Shown in pieces: positions 55,786 to 64,000 of a stretch of DNA of 64,000 bases. The DNA comes from Gallionella sp. (GTDB lineage Bacteria; Pseudomonadota; Gammaproteobacteria; Burkholderiales; Gallionellaceae). The stretch is taken from contig JBAZVL010000009.1 of the NCBI GenBank assembly GCA_041660905.1, forward strand, positions 13,338 through 77,337. Direction: 5' to 3'. The position numbers and the translations under genes are program-made. Position 1 is the first letter of the stretch. Each line of letters opens with the position of its first letter. The notes under the pieces were generated by a model. It had not been told where the DNA came from and searched no databases. It worked only from the letters and a program-made list of their open reading frames with translations.

Positions 55786-56961
55786 CTATCGTTCGATCGC
55801 CAGCGCAACACCCATGCCGCCACCGATACACAAGGAGGCCAGACCTTTTTTCGCATCGCGACGCGCCATTTCATGCACCAGAGAAACCAGCACACGCGCA
55901 CCGCTCGCACCGATCGGGTGACCTATCGCGATCGCGCCGCCATTGACGTTGATTTTCGATGTGTCCCAGGCCATTTCACGGTTAACCGCGATCGCCTGAG
56001 CCGCAAAAGCCTCGTTGATTTCCATCAGATCCAGATCTTCGGCGCTCCAATCGGCTTTTTCCAGACAGAGGCGACTGGCTGAAATCGGGCCCAACCCCAT
56101 CACGCTGGGATCAATCCCGGTTGCTGCGTAAGCCTTGATCGTAGCCAGTGGCGTCAAACCGAGTTCTTTCGCTTTAGAACCTGACATCAGCATCAGCATC
56201 GCTGCGCCATCGTTGATGCCGGATGCGTTACCCGCCGTGACCGAACCCGCTTTATCGAAAGCCGGACGCAAGCCGGAGAGCATATCGAGTGTTGTGCCGT
56301 GACGTGGATATTCATCCGCATCGACCACGGTGTCGCCCTTTTTGCCTTTGATGGTGTGAGGCGCGATTTCATCGGTAAACTTACCGGATTTCTGCGCAGC
56401 CTCGGCTTTGTTCTGCGAGGCGCAAGCAAATTCATCCTGCTCAGCGCGGGTGATGCCGTATTGCTTGGCGACATTTTCAGCCGTCACACCCATGTGGTAG
56501 TCGTTGTAGACATCCCACAAACCATCCACGATCATACTGTCGATCAGCTTGCCATCGCCCATACGTAAACCGTTGCGTGAACCACTCAATACATGAGGCG
56601 ACATACTCATGCTTTCCTGTCCGCCGGCGATCACGACGGCAGCATCGCCGCTCTTGATCGCCTGCGCGCCCAGCATGATCGCCTTGAGACTGGAACCACA
56701 CACCATATTGATGGTCATCGCCGGCACATCATGCGGTAAGCCCGCCTTAATGACAGACTGGCGTGCCGGGTTTTGTCCTGAACCTGAAGTCAGTACCTGA
56801 CCTAAAATTACCTCATCAACCTGATCGCCGGTCACTCCGGTACGCGACAGCAAATCGCGTATCACGGTCGCGCCCAAATCGACCGCAGAAACATTACCAA
56901 ATGCGCCGCCAAATTTGCCAACGGCAGTTCTTGCTGCTGCAACGATTACTACGCTTTCCAT
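55786..56961 (-). CDS. Acetyl-CoA C-acetyltransferase (thiolase II)
   Basis: [19 protein letters not shown], the active-site Cys region [10 protein letters not shown], and C-terminal [22 protein letters not shown] 56961 has the RBS AAGGGA. Confidence 0.92.
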   Translation of the reverse strand: MESVVIVAAARTAVGKFGGAFGNVSAVDLGATVIRDLLSRTGVTGDQVDEVILGQVLTSGSGQNPARQSVIKAGLPHDVPAMTINMVCGSSLKAIMLGAQAIKSGDAAVVIAGGQESMSMSPHVLSGSRNGLRMGDGKLIDSMIVDGLWDVYNDYHMGVTAENVAKQYGITRAEQDEFACASQNKAEAAQKSGKFTDEIAPHTIKGKKGDTVVDADEYPRHGTTLDMLSGLRPAFDKAGSVTAGNASGINDGAAMLMLMSGSKAKELGLTPLATIKAYAATGIDPSVMGLGPISASRLCLEKADWSAEDLDLMEINEAFAAQAIAVNREMAWDTSKINVNGGAIAIGHPIGASGARVLVSLVHEMARRDAKKGLASLCIGGGMGVALAIER

Positions 56962-57163
56962 AACATTTCCCTTGATTATGCCAACTTGATTGATAAGAAA
57001 CGACACCGGAGATCTCGTGTGGAGTGTATATCAACCCGATTAGGATTGCCACCCGGCACGATGTGGCGGTTGAGGGCTGTGCATCAACAGGATAAATAAG
57101 GCATGACGAACCGGGTGCTGGAGGGTCGCATGACAGTTACTTCTGTATCGAGCAGAGAACCTG

Positions 57164-58357
57164 TCAAACATCGAACTTCATGGCGATGGCGTTCAAATGT
57201 CCTGCTGCTGCGACCATGCGCTGTGCATCTGAGAGGCATTTGTTGGTGTAGCTGGTGACTTTGTCGGTGTTGGTTTCATTTTCCGCGATGCGCGCCAATA
57301 CAATGCCGACCAGCATCTGCTGGTCATCGGCCGCATCGCGGACGGCTTCGACGGTGCGCTTCATGTCTGAGGTGGCTTTTTCAATCTGCACAAAGGTTTC
57401 CGAAGAATGGCGTGAAGCTTCCAGGCCGACTCTCACCGCGTTGGCATTTTCATCTGAAAGCAGCACCGTTGAAGCGACATCTAAGCTGACCCGTTGCAGT
57501 ACCGTGTCGATACGGCGGGTAGCCTGAGCCGCCTGTTCGGAGAGCTTTCTGACCTCATCTGCCACCACGGCAAAGCCGCGACCTTGTTCGCCTGCGCGTG
57601 CGGCTTCGATGGCTGCATTGAGTGCGAGCAGATTGGTCTGATCGGCAATGGCGCGGATGTCGGCGATGGCGGCCTCGACTTCTTTTGCGCTGGATTTAAG
57701 GCTGGCGGCATTCGCCGAAATTTTCCCGCTGGCGGCATCGAGGGCTGAAATCGCCTGTTCGGTTGCCTGTACATGCAGGACGCCGTTGCACACCAGTTCG
57801 TCGGCGGAGGCGGCGCTATTTCCCGCATCTCCTGACAATGACAAGATGCTTTCTGCCTCATCCGCCATGCCATGCACGACCTTGATGATTTCATGTGCAT
57901 TGGTATGGTATTCGTTCATGTTATCGCCTAAGGATGACATGGCGGTGACGATCTCTTTGGCGGCGCTGTCGACCGAGTTGGCCGATTGCGCCATGTCGCT
58001 CAGGGTAGATCTTAAACTGTTGGTCATGGCGTCAAAGCCTTCGGTGATTTCGCCTACCGTATCCATGCTGCGCACGCCGCAGCCTTCACGCAGATCGCCT
58101 TTACCTATGCGTGCGGAGGCTAAAGCGACGAGTTTGAGTTTGCTGATTAACTGCCATTCGATGAGCTTGTAGTTGAACAGGCCGATGGTGATGCCGGACA
58201 CAACACAGCCGACGCAGAACCAGAGCAGCATACCTTCTTTCCAGACCACGAAGAAATTGGCGTAGAAGGGGAAGACCATACCCATGGACAGGCCGAAACC
58301 CAAAAAGGACAGTTTTAACCGTCCGAGTATCGAAGAGGCCTCCGCGCGATTGGTCAT
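57164..58357 (-). CDS. Methyl-accepting chemotaxis protein (short membrane-anchored form)
   Basis: Two N-terminal TM segments with almost no periplasmic loop, a HAMP-like region, and the highly conserved signalling hairpin [33 protein letters not shown]. Confidence 0.88.
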   Translation of the reverse strand: MTNRAEASSILGRLKLSFLGFGLSMGMVFPFYANFFVVWKEGMLLWFCVGCVVSGITIGLFNYKLIEWQLISKLKLVALASARIGKGDLREGCGVRSMDTVGEITEGFDAMTNSLRSTLSDMAQSANSVDSAAKEIVTAMSSLGDNMNEYHTNAHEIIKVVHGMADEAESILSLSGDAGNSAASADELVCNGVLHVQATEQAISALDAASGKISANAASLKSSAKEVEAAIADIRAIADQTNLLALNAAIEAARAGEQGRGFAVVADEVRKLSEQAAQATRRIDTVLQRVSLDVASTVLLSDENANAVRVGLEASRHSSETFVQIEKATSDMKRTVEAVRDAADDQQMLVGIVLARIAENETNTDKVTSYTNKCLSDAQRMVAAAGHLNAIAMKFDV

Positions 58358-58387
58358 GGTATTTCCCGTCTTTAATTGATAAAGGGG

Positions 58388-59260
58388 TTAATCAGGTAAA
58401 AGCGCGCTTATCCTATCCAAGAAGCGCGCGCGATACAAGAGGCGAGGGTGGGTGGCGTCATCGATAAAAGCCTCTCTGTCATGCAGTACATTGTTGCACA
58501 ACAGTCCCATGCCCGATTCCAGGGTGCCACGATAGATATGTTCGTTGTCTGAGGCTAAGATCATTTCAAGCTGTTTAACAGCGGCGAGCGTATCCGGGTG
58601 CCATACTATGCTGCGGGTTCGGGCGGTATATCTCATGTGGAGCTGCCCGTTCCGTACCGAAAATACCGGGCCGGACTGTGCGGCGCGCGCCACACCGTGT
58701 TCATCGGTGCGTTCAGGAATGGTCATGGCGTTCGCGCTGGAGAGGACGCGGATATAGTCCGGGTTCGCATCGCGCAGCCGTAAATAGGCCATTTCATGAT
58801 CCATGAGGCGGTTTTCGCCGCCTTGCCCCGCGCGATGCACACAATGTAAAACCATGCCGAGGATATCTCGTTCAGGCGGGTTGTAGTAACCGTCCGTATG
58901 CCATTTAATCGGCCGATCGGTATATGGAATATATTGCTGGCGCGTTCCCTTGTCGAACACGCGAATTTCAGAAATCCCGTCACCATCAGCCAGCCAGTTG
59001 GCATCGAGATGTTCGAGTCCAAACTGTTTGCCGAGCAGACGGGGAATCTGGGTGTCTGCAATTTTCACCGGACTGGCATAGATTGCCATATTGCAGTTAC
59101 GGATGCGCTGACTCAATGCTTCGTGCTCTGAGGGAAGCAGCGCGCGCGGGTCGCGAACGTGAATGATCAGATCTTCGATGCTGCGCGGTGCACAGGATAA
59201 TTTACCCTCCCGCCAGCGCAGGTAGGCGTCATTATCCTCAAGGTCAAATGGATTTGCCAT
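58388..59260 (-). CDS. TauD/TfdA-family Fe(II)/2-oxoglutarate dioxygenase-like protein
   Basis: About 290 aa with an H-x-D motif in IKWHTDGYY and overall TauD-like character. ATG 59260 lies 1 nt after the upstream TAA; the ORF-track TTG is at 59269. Confidence 0.65.
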   Translation of the reverse strand: MANPFDLEDNDAYLRWREGKLSCAPRSIEDLIIHVRDPRALLPSEHEALSQRIRNCNMAIYASPVKIADTQIPRLLGKQFGLEHLDANWLADGDGISEIRVFDKGTRQQYIPYTDRPIKWHTDGYYNPPERDILGMVLHCVHRAGQGGENRLMDHEMAYLRLRDANPDYIRVLSSANAMTIPERTDEHGVARAAQSGPVFSVRNGQLHMRYTARTRSIVWHPDTLAAVKQLEMILASDNEHIYRGTLESGMGLLCNNVLHDREAFIDDATHPRLLYRARFLDRISALLPD

Positions 59261-59261
59261 G

Positions 59262-59876
59262 TTAATCAATGGCTTGTGCTGGTCTTGCTCGCGCGGGGCG
59301 AACCGGGCGCGGCTTGCGCAGTTCGGTGCTGGATAAATCGCGCATGGTTTTCTCCAGCATCTTGACCGCTTCCGGTGCTTCTATGCTCATCATCTGGTCG
59401 GTGATCCAGATGCTGTCGCGCTCGCCCATGTGTGAAGCGATGCAATAAGCCAGATAGCGCAGAAAGGCAAATTCGGGGCCGGACTCGGTGTAGCTAAATT
59501 CAGCATATTCATCCGCGCGCTGATTCAGCTTGTCGATAAACTGCTGTTTGCATTCAGCGATCGTTCCGCCTAGCAATCGACTCTGGTTTTCAGCATAGGT
59601 CTCTGCCAGTCGGTTCGCTAAAGTGGTCGTGAATTCGATGCGGCCGTCCGGTAAAAACTGGCGATAGGCGATCCGATCGGCTACCTGCACCAGAAATACC
59701 AGCACTTCACTCAAGAACAGGAAGTATTCCTCCCCTACGTCGATGGAGAAATGGGCCAGACGTGTCTGCTTGAGTACGTTGTCGCCGATACGCCAGGCAA
59801 CAAACGACAGCGCATCGGCAATTTCTTGCGGAGACTTTGATCGCCCACTTTGATACCAATTGCTTTTGATGCGCAT
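59262..59876 (-). CDS. Hypothetical protein (204 aa)
   Basis: A clean ORF 17 nt downstream of the tandem-TusA gene with an Arg/Pro-rich tail. No family was recognised. Confidence 0.55.
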   Translation of the reverse strand: MRIKSNWYQSGRSKSPQEIADALSFVAWRIGDNVLKQTRLAHFSIDVGEEYFLFLSEVLVFLVQVADRIAYRQFLPDGRIEFTTTLANRLAETYAENQSRLLGGTIAECKQQFIDKLNQRADEYAEFSYTESGPEFAFLRYLAYCIASHMGERDSIWITDQMMSIEAPEAVKMLEKTMRDLSSTELRKPRPVRPARARPAQAID

Positions 59877-59893
59877 GTCAGATTGTCACCGGG

Positions 59894-60379
59894 TCAGGCT
59901 TTTTGCAGGAAAAACTCAAATTCACCCGCGCCGATACTGACGGTGCTGATGATTTTAACGCCAGTCATATCAGACCATCCGATGATGTCAGTCTGTATCC
60001 CGGGGCAATTGCTCACCAGTTTCAGGATTTCGCCGCTATTCATACCGTTCAACAGTTTTTTGGCTTCAACAATCGGGCCGGGGCACACAACGCCACGGAT
60101 ATCCAGAATCACGTTAGCCGCCAGTTCGATCCCTTTGCCCTTCATGATATAAAAACCCGTACCGCCATCCGTCATCGGTTCGGTTTTAACTACCTGATTG
60201 TCGGTTTGTTCAGCCCACGAGAATAGGTCATCCTTCGTGCCTGGACAATCGGAGATCAAGAGCAGAATTTGCTCATCCTGCAGGTCCTTGACCAGGCGCT
60301 TTGCACCCAGCAGCGGAGCCGGACAGCTCAAGCCGCGCATATCCAGTTTGACGTTGGCGTGTATAGTATTTTGGCTCAT
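59894..60379 (-). CDS. Tandem TusA-domain sulfur carrier (two TusA/SirA-like domains in one polypeptide)
   Basis: There are two copies of the TusA active-site motif: LDMRGLSCPAPLLGAKR and LDIRGVVCPGPIVEAKK (Cys-Pro-x-Pro). 161 aa. Confidence 0.8.
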   Translation of the reverse strand: MSQNTIHANVKLDMRGLSCPAPLLGAKRLVKDLQDEQILLLISDCPGTKDDLFSWAEQTDNQVVKTEPMTDGGTGFYIMKGKGIELAANVILDIRGVVCPGPIVEAKKLLNGMNSGEILKLVSNCPGIQTDIIGWSDMTGVKIISTVSIGAGEFEFFLQKA

Positions 60380-60407
60380 ATGGTGTGTCCCGTTGGTTGA
60401 GGAATGA

Positions 60408-60737
60408 TTAATACCCGCCCTTACCTAATGGCTGGGGCAAGCCGGCTACTTTGGCTGCTTGTTTGGCAGGTCCCAGTGGGAACAGGTCGTAGAGTGCCTT
60501 GCTGTCAGCTTCTGGCCAGAATTCATTCACGGCCTTGAGCATATTGCGGAAATTCGGGGTTGCACCGTTTTCACGATATTCCTCACGCATGAAGTTGATG
60601 ATTTCCCAGTGCTTGGGGGTTAATTCAAGATTTTCGGCTGCGGCAATCACTTCCACCGCCTCGTCGCTAAAATCCGCTTCAAGTAAAAAACCGTCATCAT
60701 TGCATTCCACTTCAGTGCCGCCGATCAGATATCCCAT
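60408..60737 (-). CDS. DsrC/TusE-family protein lacking both conserved C-terminal cysteines
   Basis: LELTPKHWEIINFMREEY...LYDLFPLGPAKQAAKVAGLPQPLGKGGY aligns with DsrC ...GPAKQAC.FAGLPKPTGCV. ATG 60737 has the RBS GGAGAGG; the ORF track extends to 60827. Confidence 0.8.
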   Translation of the reverse strand: MGYLIGGTEVECNDDGFLLEADFSDEAVEVIAAAENLELTPKHWEIINFMREEYRENGATPNFRNMLKAVNEFWPEADSKALYDLFPLGPAKQAAKVAGLPQPLGKGGY

Positions 60738-60777
60738 TTCATTCCTCTCCGTAAAAAAATAAATAAAAAAACTTACG

Positions 60778-61380
60778 TTATTCCAGACTGGAAATAACTT
60801 TGTAAGGTACAAAAATTCCGCAACCAAACTGACGTGATTCGCCCAATCCGTGGTGTTGCAGCTTCATGGACGCTTCCGGTGTTAAATCATGTAATACCAG
60901 ACTATAGCCGTTGATTTGCTGTGCAGGGCCACTCAGCGTGTGCCGCTTGCCGCAGATAATCTTGCCGGAAATACCCATTTGCGTAAACTGTTGATTGATT
61001 TCATTGATAAAGCGCATTTCATCGGCGTCACCCGTCACCAGTTGAGCGTGTATGGTAGGGTAATATTTAATGGCGCGATGCTTACACACGCCCAGCTTGA
61101 GTTGGTTGCCCGAAACATTCAATTGCCGGCCTGATAAAGCTGCGGCGGTGTCGGCCAAATCAGAGGGTATGCGCAACACTAGTTTGGCGCGTTTGGGTAA
61201 CGAGGCGGTCACGCTCTGCTCGATGCTGCGCAGGGGCAGTACACCGATATTCGGATGGGCTGACAGCGCCGGTACCAGCTGGCACAGGGTATCCCACAAC
61301 TCGAACGGATAGTCTGCCGTGAGCATCTGGCCTTCCAAATCAAAAACAAGATCGATGATGTTGGTCGCGGTATGGCTCAT
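60778..61380 (-). CDS. Cas6/Cmx6-like (type I-MYXAN Cas6 family) RAMP protein, orphan
   Basis: 200 aa. The N-terminus is IDLVFDLEGQMLTADYPFELW and the C-terminal glycine-rich loop is LQHHGLGESRQFGCGIFVPY, as I recall for Cmx6-type Cas6. Recognition is from memory only, with no profile search. Confidence 0.55.
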   Translation of the reverse strand: MSHTATNIIDLVFDLEGQMLTADYPFELWDTLCQLVPALSAHPNIGVLPLRSIEQSVTASLPKRAKLVLRIPSDLADTAAALSGRQLNVSGNQLKLGVCKHRAIKYYPTIHAQLVTGDADEMRFINEINQQFTQMGISGKIICGKRHTLSGPAQQINGYSLVLHDLTPEASMKLQHHGLGESRQFGCGIFVPYKVISSLE

Positions 61381-61592
61381 TTGTTGTCTTGTCCGTCAGC
61401 CCACTCTGTCATCGCGGACGCCCAAAGGCGTGCGGTGGCAGGATCGATATCGAAAATCGTAAAACGCCTAGCCTCGCGTATGCGTATGCGCATCAGACTC
61501 ATGCCGCCTTCCACGTGGACAATTTGCTGCAGGTCAATTTCCTGACCACCCAATGGAACTTTAAAGCTGTGTAGCGGGATTATCTCAGACAT
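61377..61592 (-). CDS. Hypothetical small protein (71 aa) translationally coupled to the Cas6-like gene
   Basis: Its stop overlaps the Cas6-like ATG (ATGA at 61377-61380). ATG is at 61592, with an alternative TTG at 61601. No family was recognised. Confidence 0.45.
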   Translation of the reverse strand: MSEIIPLHSFKVPLGGQEIDLQQIVHVEGGMSLMRIRIREARRFTIFDIDPATARLWASAMTEWADGQDNK

Positions 61593-61700
61593 GGGTAACA
61601 AGTTTGGATTATAGACCGTGGTAGTTTAGATCAAAATGCATGACCGAAATGTAAGTTGTGAGTCTAGTGCTTAAAGTGCGTAAGTTCAAATACTAGTATG

Positions 61701-61718
61701 GGGTAGGAATACCTACCC
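61701..61718. promoter_or_regulatory. 18-bp palindrome GGGTAGG-AATA-CCTACCC in the divergent dsrA / Cas6-like-operon intergenic region
   Basis: A perfect 7-bp inverted repeat read directly, about 110 nt from the small-ORF ATG and about 195 nt from the dsrA ATG. It is an operator candidate only. Confidence 0.3.
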
Positions 61719-61872
61719 TAAAGGGTTATAAAAAATACCCGCTCAGGGTGATGGTGTGAGTGGCGCTAGCACGTACAATGGCGGCATATTTTGAGCGATG
61801 GGATGCGCTGGTTATTACGCGACTCACCCCAAAGGTATCACAGGTTCCCGTCTTAGCCGGGTTATTAAATAG

Positions 61873-61890
61873 TTGCCCCGGTTGGGGCAA
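61873..61890 (+). promoter_or_regulatory. Stem-loop TTGCCCC-GGTT-GGGGCAA in the dsrA leader
   Basis: A 7-bp stem with a GGTT loop, ending 21 nt before the dsrA ATG and 10 nt before the AAGGAAG RBS. Confidence 0.3.
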
Positions 61891-61911
61891 AGCAACGAAA
61901 AGGAAGACATC

Positions 61912-63207
61912 ATGGCGAAAAAGCTGCATGACACCCCGAATCTCGATGAGCTGGAAAAAGGCGAATGGCCTAGTTTTGTAACTGGCCTTAAGGAACTTGC
62001 AAAGGAAAAAGATTACGTAGTTGATCTTTTGGGTCAGCTGGAAACTTCTTACAAGAACCGTAAGGGTTACTGGAAGGGTGGTACGGTTGGTGTGTACGGC
62101 TACGGCGGTGGTGTTATTCCTCGCTTTACCGAACTGAAGGATGAGGCTGGTCAGCCGGTGTTTAAAGATGCCGCTGAGTTTCATACTATCCGCGTGATGC
62201 CGCCCCCAGGTATGCACTACGATACCGCTATCCTGCGTAAGTTCTGCGATATCTGGGATCAGCACGGTTCAGGTCTGATTGCGTTTCACGGTCAATCCGG
62301 CGATATCATGTTCCAGGGTGCGACGACTGAAAACGTTCAAAAAGCCTTTGATGAAATCAATGAGTTGGGTTTCGATCTGGGTGGCGCGGGTCCTGCTGTA
62401 CGTACTTCCATGTCTTGCGTGGGTGCTGCGCGTTGCGAGCAGTCATGCTACGACGAGGCGCGTGCACATCGTTCCGTGTTGAACACCTTCCTGGACGATA
62501 TTCACCGTCCATCGCTGCCATACAAATTTAAGTTCAAGTTCTCCGGTTGCCCGAATGACTGTATGGACTCTGTGCAGCGTGCAGACATGGCTGTGATCGG
62601 TACATGGCGCGATAACATCCGCACCGATGAAGGTCTGGCGAAGAAGTGGTTTGCTAAGCACGGTATGGATGAACTGGTAAATGACGTGGTTGCGCGTTGC
62701 CCGACCAAGACTTTCCAGGTTAAAGAAATTGGCAAGATCAAGGCTGGCGAGCATATCTCCAGCGTAGCGGTCAGCGATACACATGCCGTTGAAATCAACA
62801 ATCAGGATTGCGTACGTTGTATGCACTGTATCAATGTTATGACAGGCGCGCTGGCGACCGGAACTGACAAGGGTGCAACAGTTCTGATCGGTGGTAAGAG
62901 CCATCTGAAGATCGGTGGATTGATGGGTACGGTGGTTATTCCTTTCATCAAACTCGATACCGAAGAAAATGTTGAAAAACTGGTTGATTTCGCACAGCGC
63001 ACGATCGAGTTTTTTGCAGAAAATGCACTGGAACATGAGCGTACCGGTGAAATGATCGAGCGTATTGGTTTGGCTAATTTCCTGGATGCCATGGAAATCG
63101 ATGTAGATCCAGCCATGGTAAGTTCGCCACGCATGAATCCGTATGTTCGTACGGATGGATGGGATGACGAAGTTGCTAAGATTAATGCCAAGAAGCAAGC
63201 CGCCTGA
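61912..63207 (+). CDS. dsrA: Dissimilatory sulfite reductase alpha subunit (oxidative/reverse-type DsrA)
   Basis: MAKKLHDTPNLDELEKGEWPSFVTGLKE... is typical of DsrA. Siroheme/FeS Cys clusters are present (SCVGAARCEQSC; FSGCPNDC) along with a ferredoxin-like insert (CVRCMHCINV). Confidence 0.93.
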   Translation: MAKKLHDTPNLDELEKGEWPSFVTGLKELAKEKDYVVDLLGQLETSYKNRKGYWKGGTVGVYGYGGGVIPRFTELKDEAGQPVFKDAAEFHTIRVMPPPGMHYDTAILRKFCDIWDQHGSGLIAFHGQSGDIMFQGATTENVQKAFDEINELGFDLGGAGPAVRTSMSCVGAARCEQSCYDEARAHRSVLNTFLDDIHRPSLPYKFKFKFSGCPNDCMDSVQRADMAVIGTWRDNIRTDEGLAKKWFAKHGMDELVNDVVARCPTKTFQVKEIGKIKAGEHISSVAVSDTHAVEINNQDCVRCMHCINVMTGALATGTDKGATVLIGGKSHLKIGGLMGTVVIPFIKLDTEENVEKLVDFAQRTIEFFAENALEHERTGEMIERIGLANFLDAMEIDVDPAMVSSPRMNPYVRTDGWDDEVAKINAKKQAA

Positions 63208-63218
63208 GGAGATAGAAG

Positions 63219-64000
63219 ATGAATCAAGCAGTTACTAAGCCACAAATGCGTAAGCCAAAAGAGACAGGTGTTCCGGATAACAAGCAATATCTGCATCCGA
63301 CGCTGTTGAAGAACTACGGTGACTGGCGTTACCACGATCGTCCACGTCCGGGCGTATTGCACCACGTTGCTAACAGCGGCGATGAGGTATGGACGGTTCG
63401 TGCCGGTACGGCGCGCCAGATGGATGTCTACACAATTCGTTTGTTGTGCGATATCGCGGATAACTTCGCTGAAGGTCGTGTACGTTTCACGATTCGTTCT
63501 AACATCGAATTTATCGTCTCTGACGAAGCGAAGGTCGCTCCAATGATCGCTGAACTGGAGAAGCATGGCTTCCCGGTCGGTGGTACAGGTAACTCGATCA
63601 CCATGATCGCACACACTCAAGGATGGTTGCATTGCGACATTCCTGGTACGGATGCATCTGGTGTGGTCAAGTCGCTGATGGATGAGCTGATCGTCGAATT
63701 CAAGCGCGAAGAAATGCCTAACCGTGTTCACTTGTCGACTTCATGCTGCGAAATCAATTGCGGCGGTCAGGCTGACATCGCGATCATCGTTCAGCACACT
63801 AAGCCGCCTGTGATCAATCACGAGCTGGTAGCTAACGTGTGTGAGCGTCCGGCGGTGGTTGCACGTTGCCCGGTTGCGGCGATTCGCCCTGCTATGGTGA
63901 ACGGTAAGCCTTCACTGGAAATCGATGAATCTAAGTGTATGTGCTGCGGTGCTTGCTACCCTCCATGCCCACCAATGCAGATCAACGATCCTGAGTATTC
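63219..64000 (+). CDS. dsrB: Dissimilatory sulfite reductase beta subunit DsrB, 3' end outside the window
   Basis: My own translation from ATG 63219 (RBS GAGGAG) gives MNQAVTKPQMRKPKETGVPDNKQYLHPTLLKNYGDWRYHDRPRPGVLHHV...TSCCEINCGGQADIAI...CMCCGACYPPCP. It is open to the window end and absent from the ORF track for that reason. Confidence 0.92.
   Translation, partial: MNQAVTKPQMRKPKETGVPDNKQYLHPTLLKNYGDWRYHDRPRPGVLHHVANSGDEVWTVRAGTARQMDVYTIRLLCDIADNFAEGRVRFTIRSNIEFIVSDEAKVAPMIAELEKHGFPVGGTGNSITMIAHTQGWLHCDIPGTDASGVVKSLMDELIVEFKREEMPNRVHLSTSCCEINCGGQADIAIIVQHTKPPVINHELVANVCERPAVVARCPVAAIRPAMVNGKPSLEIDESKCMCCGACYPPCPPMQINDPEY

Noticed and set aside
1-64000. tRNA, rRNA, tmRNA, riboswitch or CRISPR array anywhere in the window
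   Set aside because: None was recognised on reading the intergenic regions. All long noncoding stretches look like promoter and leader regions. Covariance-model scans (tRNAscan-SE, Infernal) would be needed to exclude small RNAs.

Overview
64-kb chromosomal segment, roughly 55-60% GC by eye. Gene content (reverse-type dsrAB, TusA/DsrC relay genes, many PAS/REC sensor proteins) suggests a chemolithotrophic sulfur-oxidising betaproteobacterium; that assignment is inference only. Left to right: (1) cbpA-cbpM co-chaperone genes translationally chained to an APH-type kinase and a HAD hydrolase. (2) A thiolase-like/SDR operon. (3) A perfect heptanucleotide microsatellite. (4) A two-partner secretion pair (FhaC/ShlB-type TpsB plus TpsA exoprotein) followed directly by a Csu/spore-coat-U type chaperone-usher pilus operon. 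(5) A second heptanucleotide microsatellite. (6) A small islet that looks lower in GC, with toxin-antitoxin/nuclease genes, partly decayed: Phd-PIN, a frameshifted HigA-like gene, a nonsense-interrupted small ORF behind an HNH nuclease, and an HTH-HipA/YjjJ-like kinase. (7) A type II secretion system split into two convergent operons, gspCDEF and gspGHIJK-(DUF1624)-LMN, separated by a PAS-GAF-PAS-GGDEF-EAL gene and a YqhD-like alcohol dehydrogenase. (8) A ~17-kb same-strand block of phosphorelay and c-di-GMP genes that runs straight into gspG and begins with a KaiC-like ATPase module. (9) Crp/Fnr regulator, OmpA-like protein, a DUF3494 ice-binding-like lipoprotein, thiolase and an MCP. (10) A sulfur-relay operon (TauD-like, unknown, tandem TusA, Cys-less DsrC-like) headed by an orphan Cas6/Cmx6-like protein and a small overlapping ORF, divergent from dsrA-dsrB, which runs off the window end. 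I recognised no rRNA, tRNA, CRISPR array, transposase or integrase. Function calls come from motif and family recognition by eye; no database search was run.
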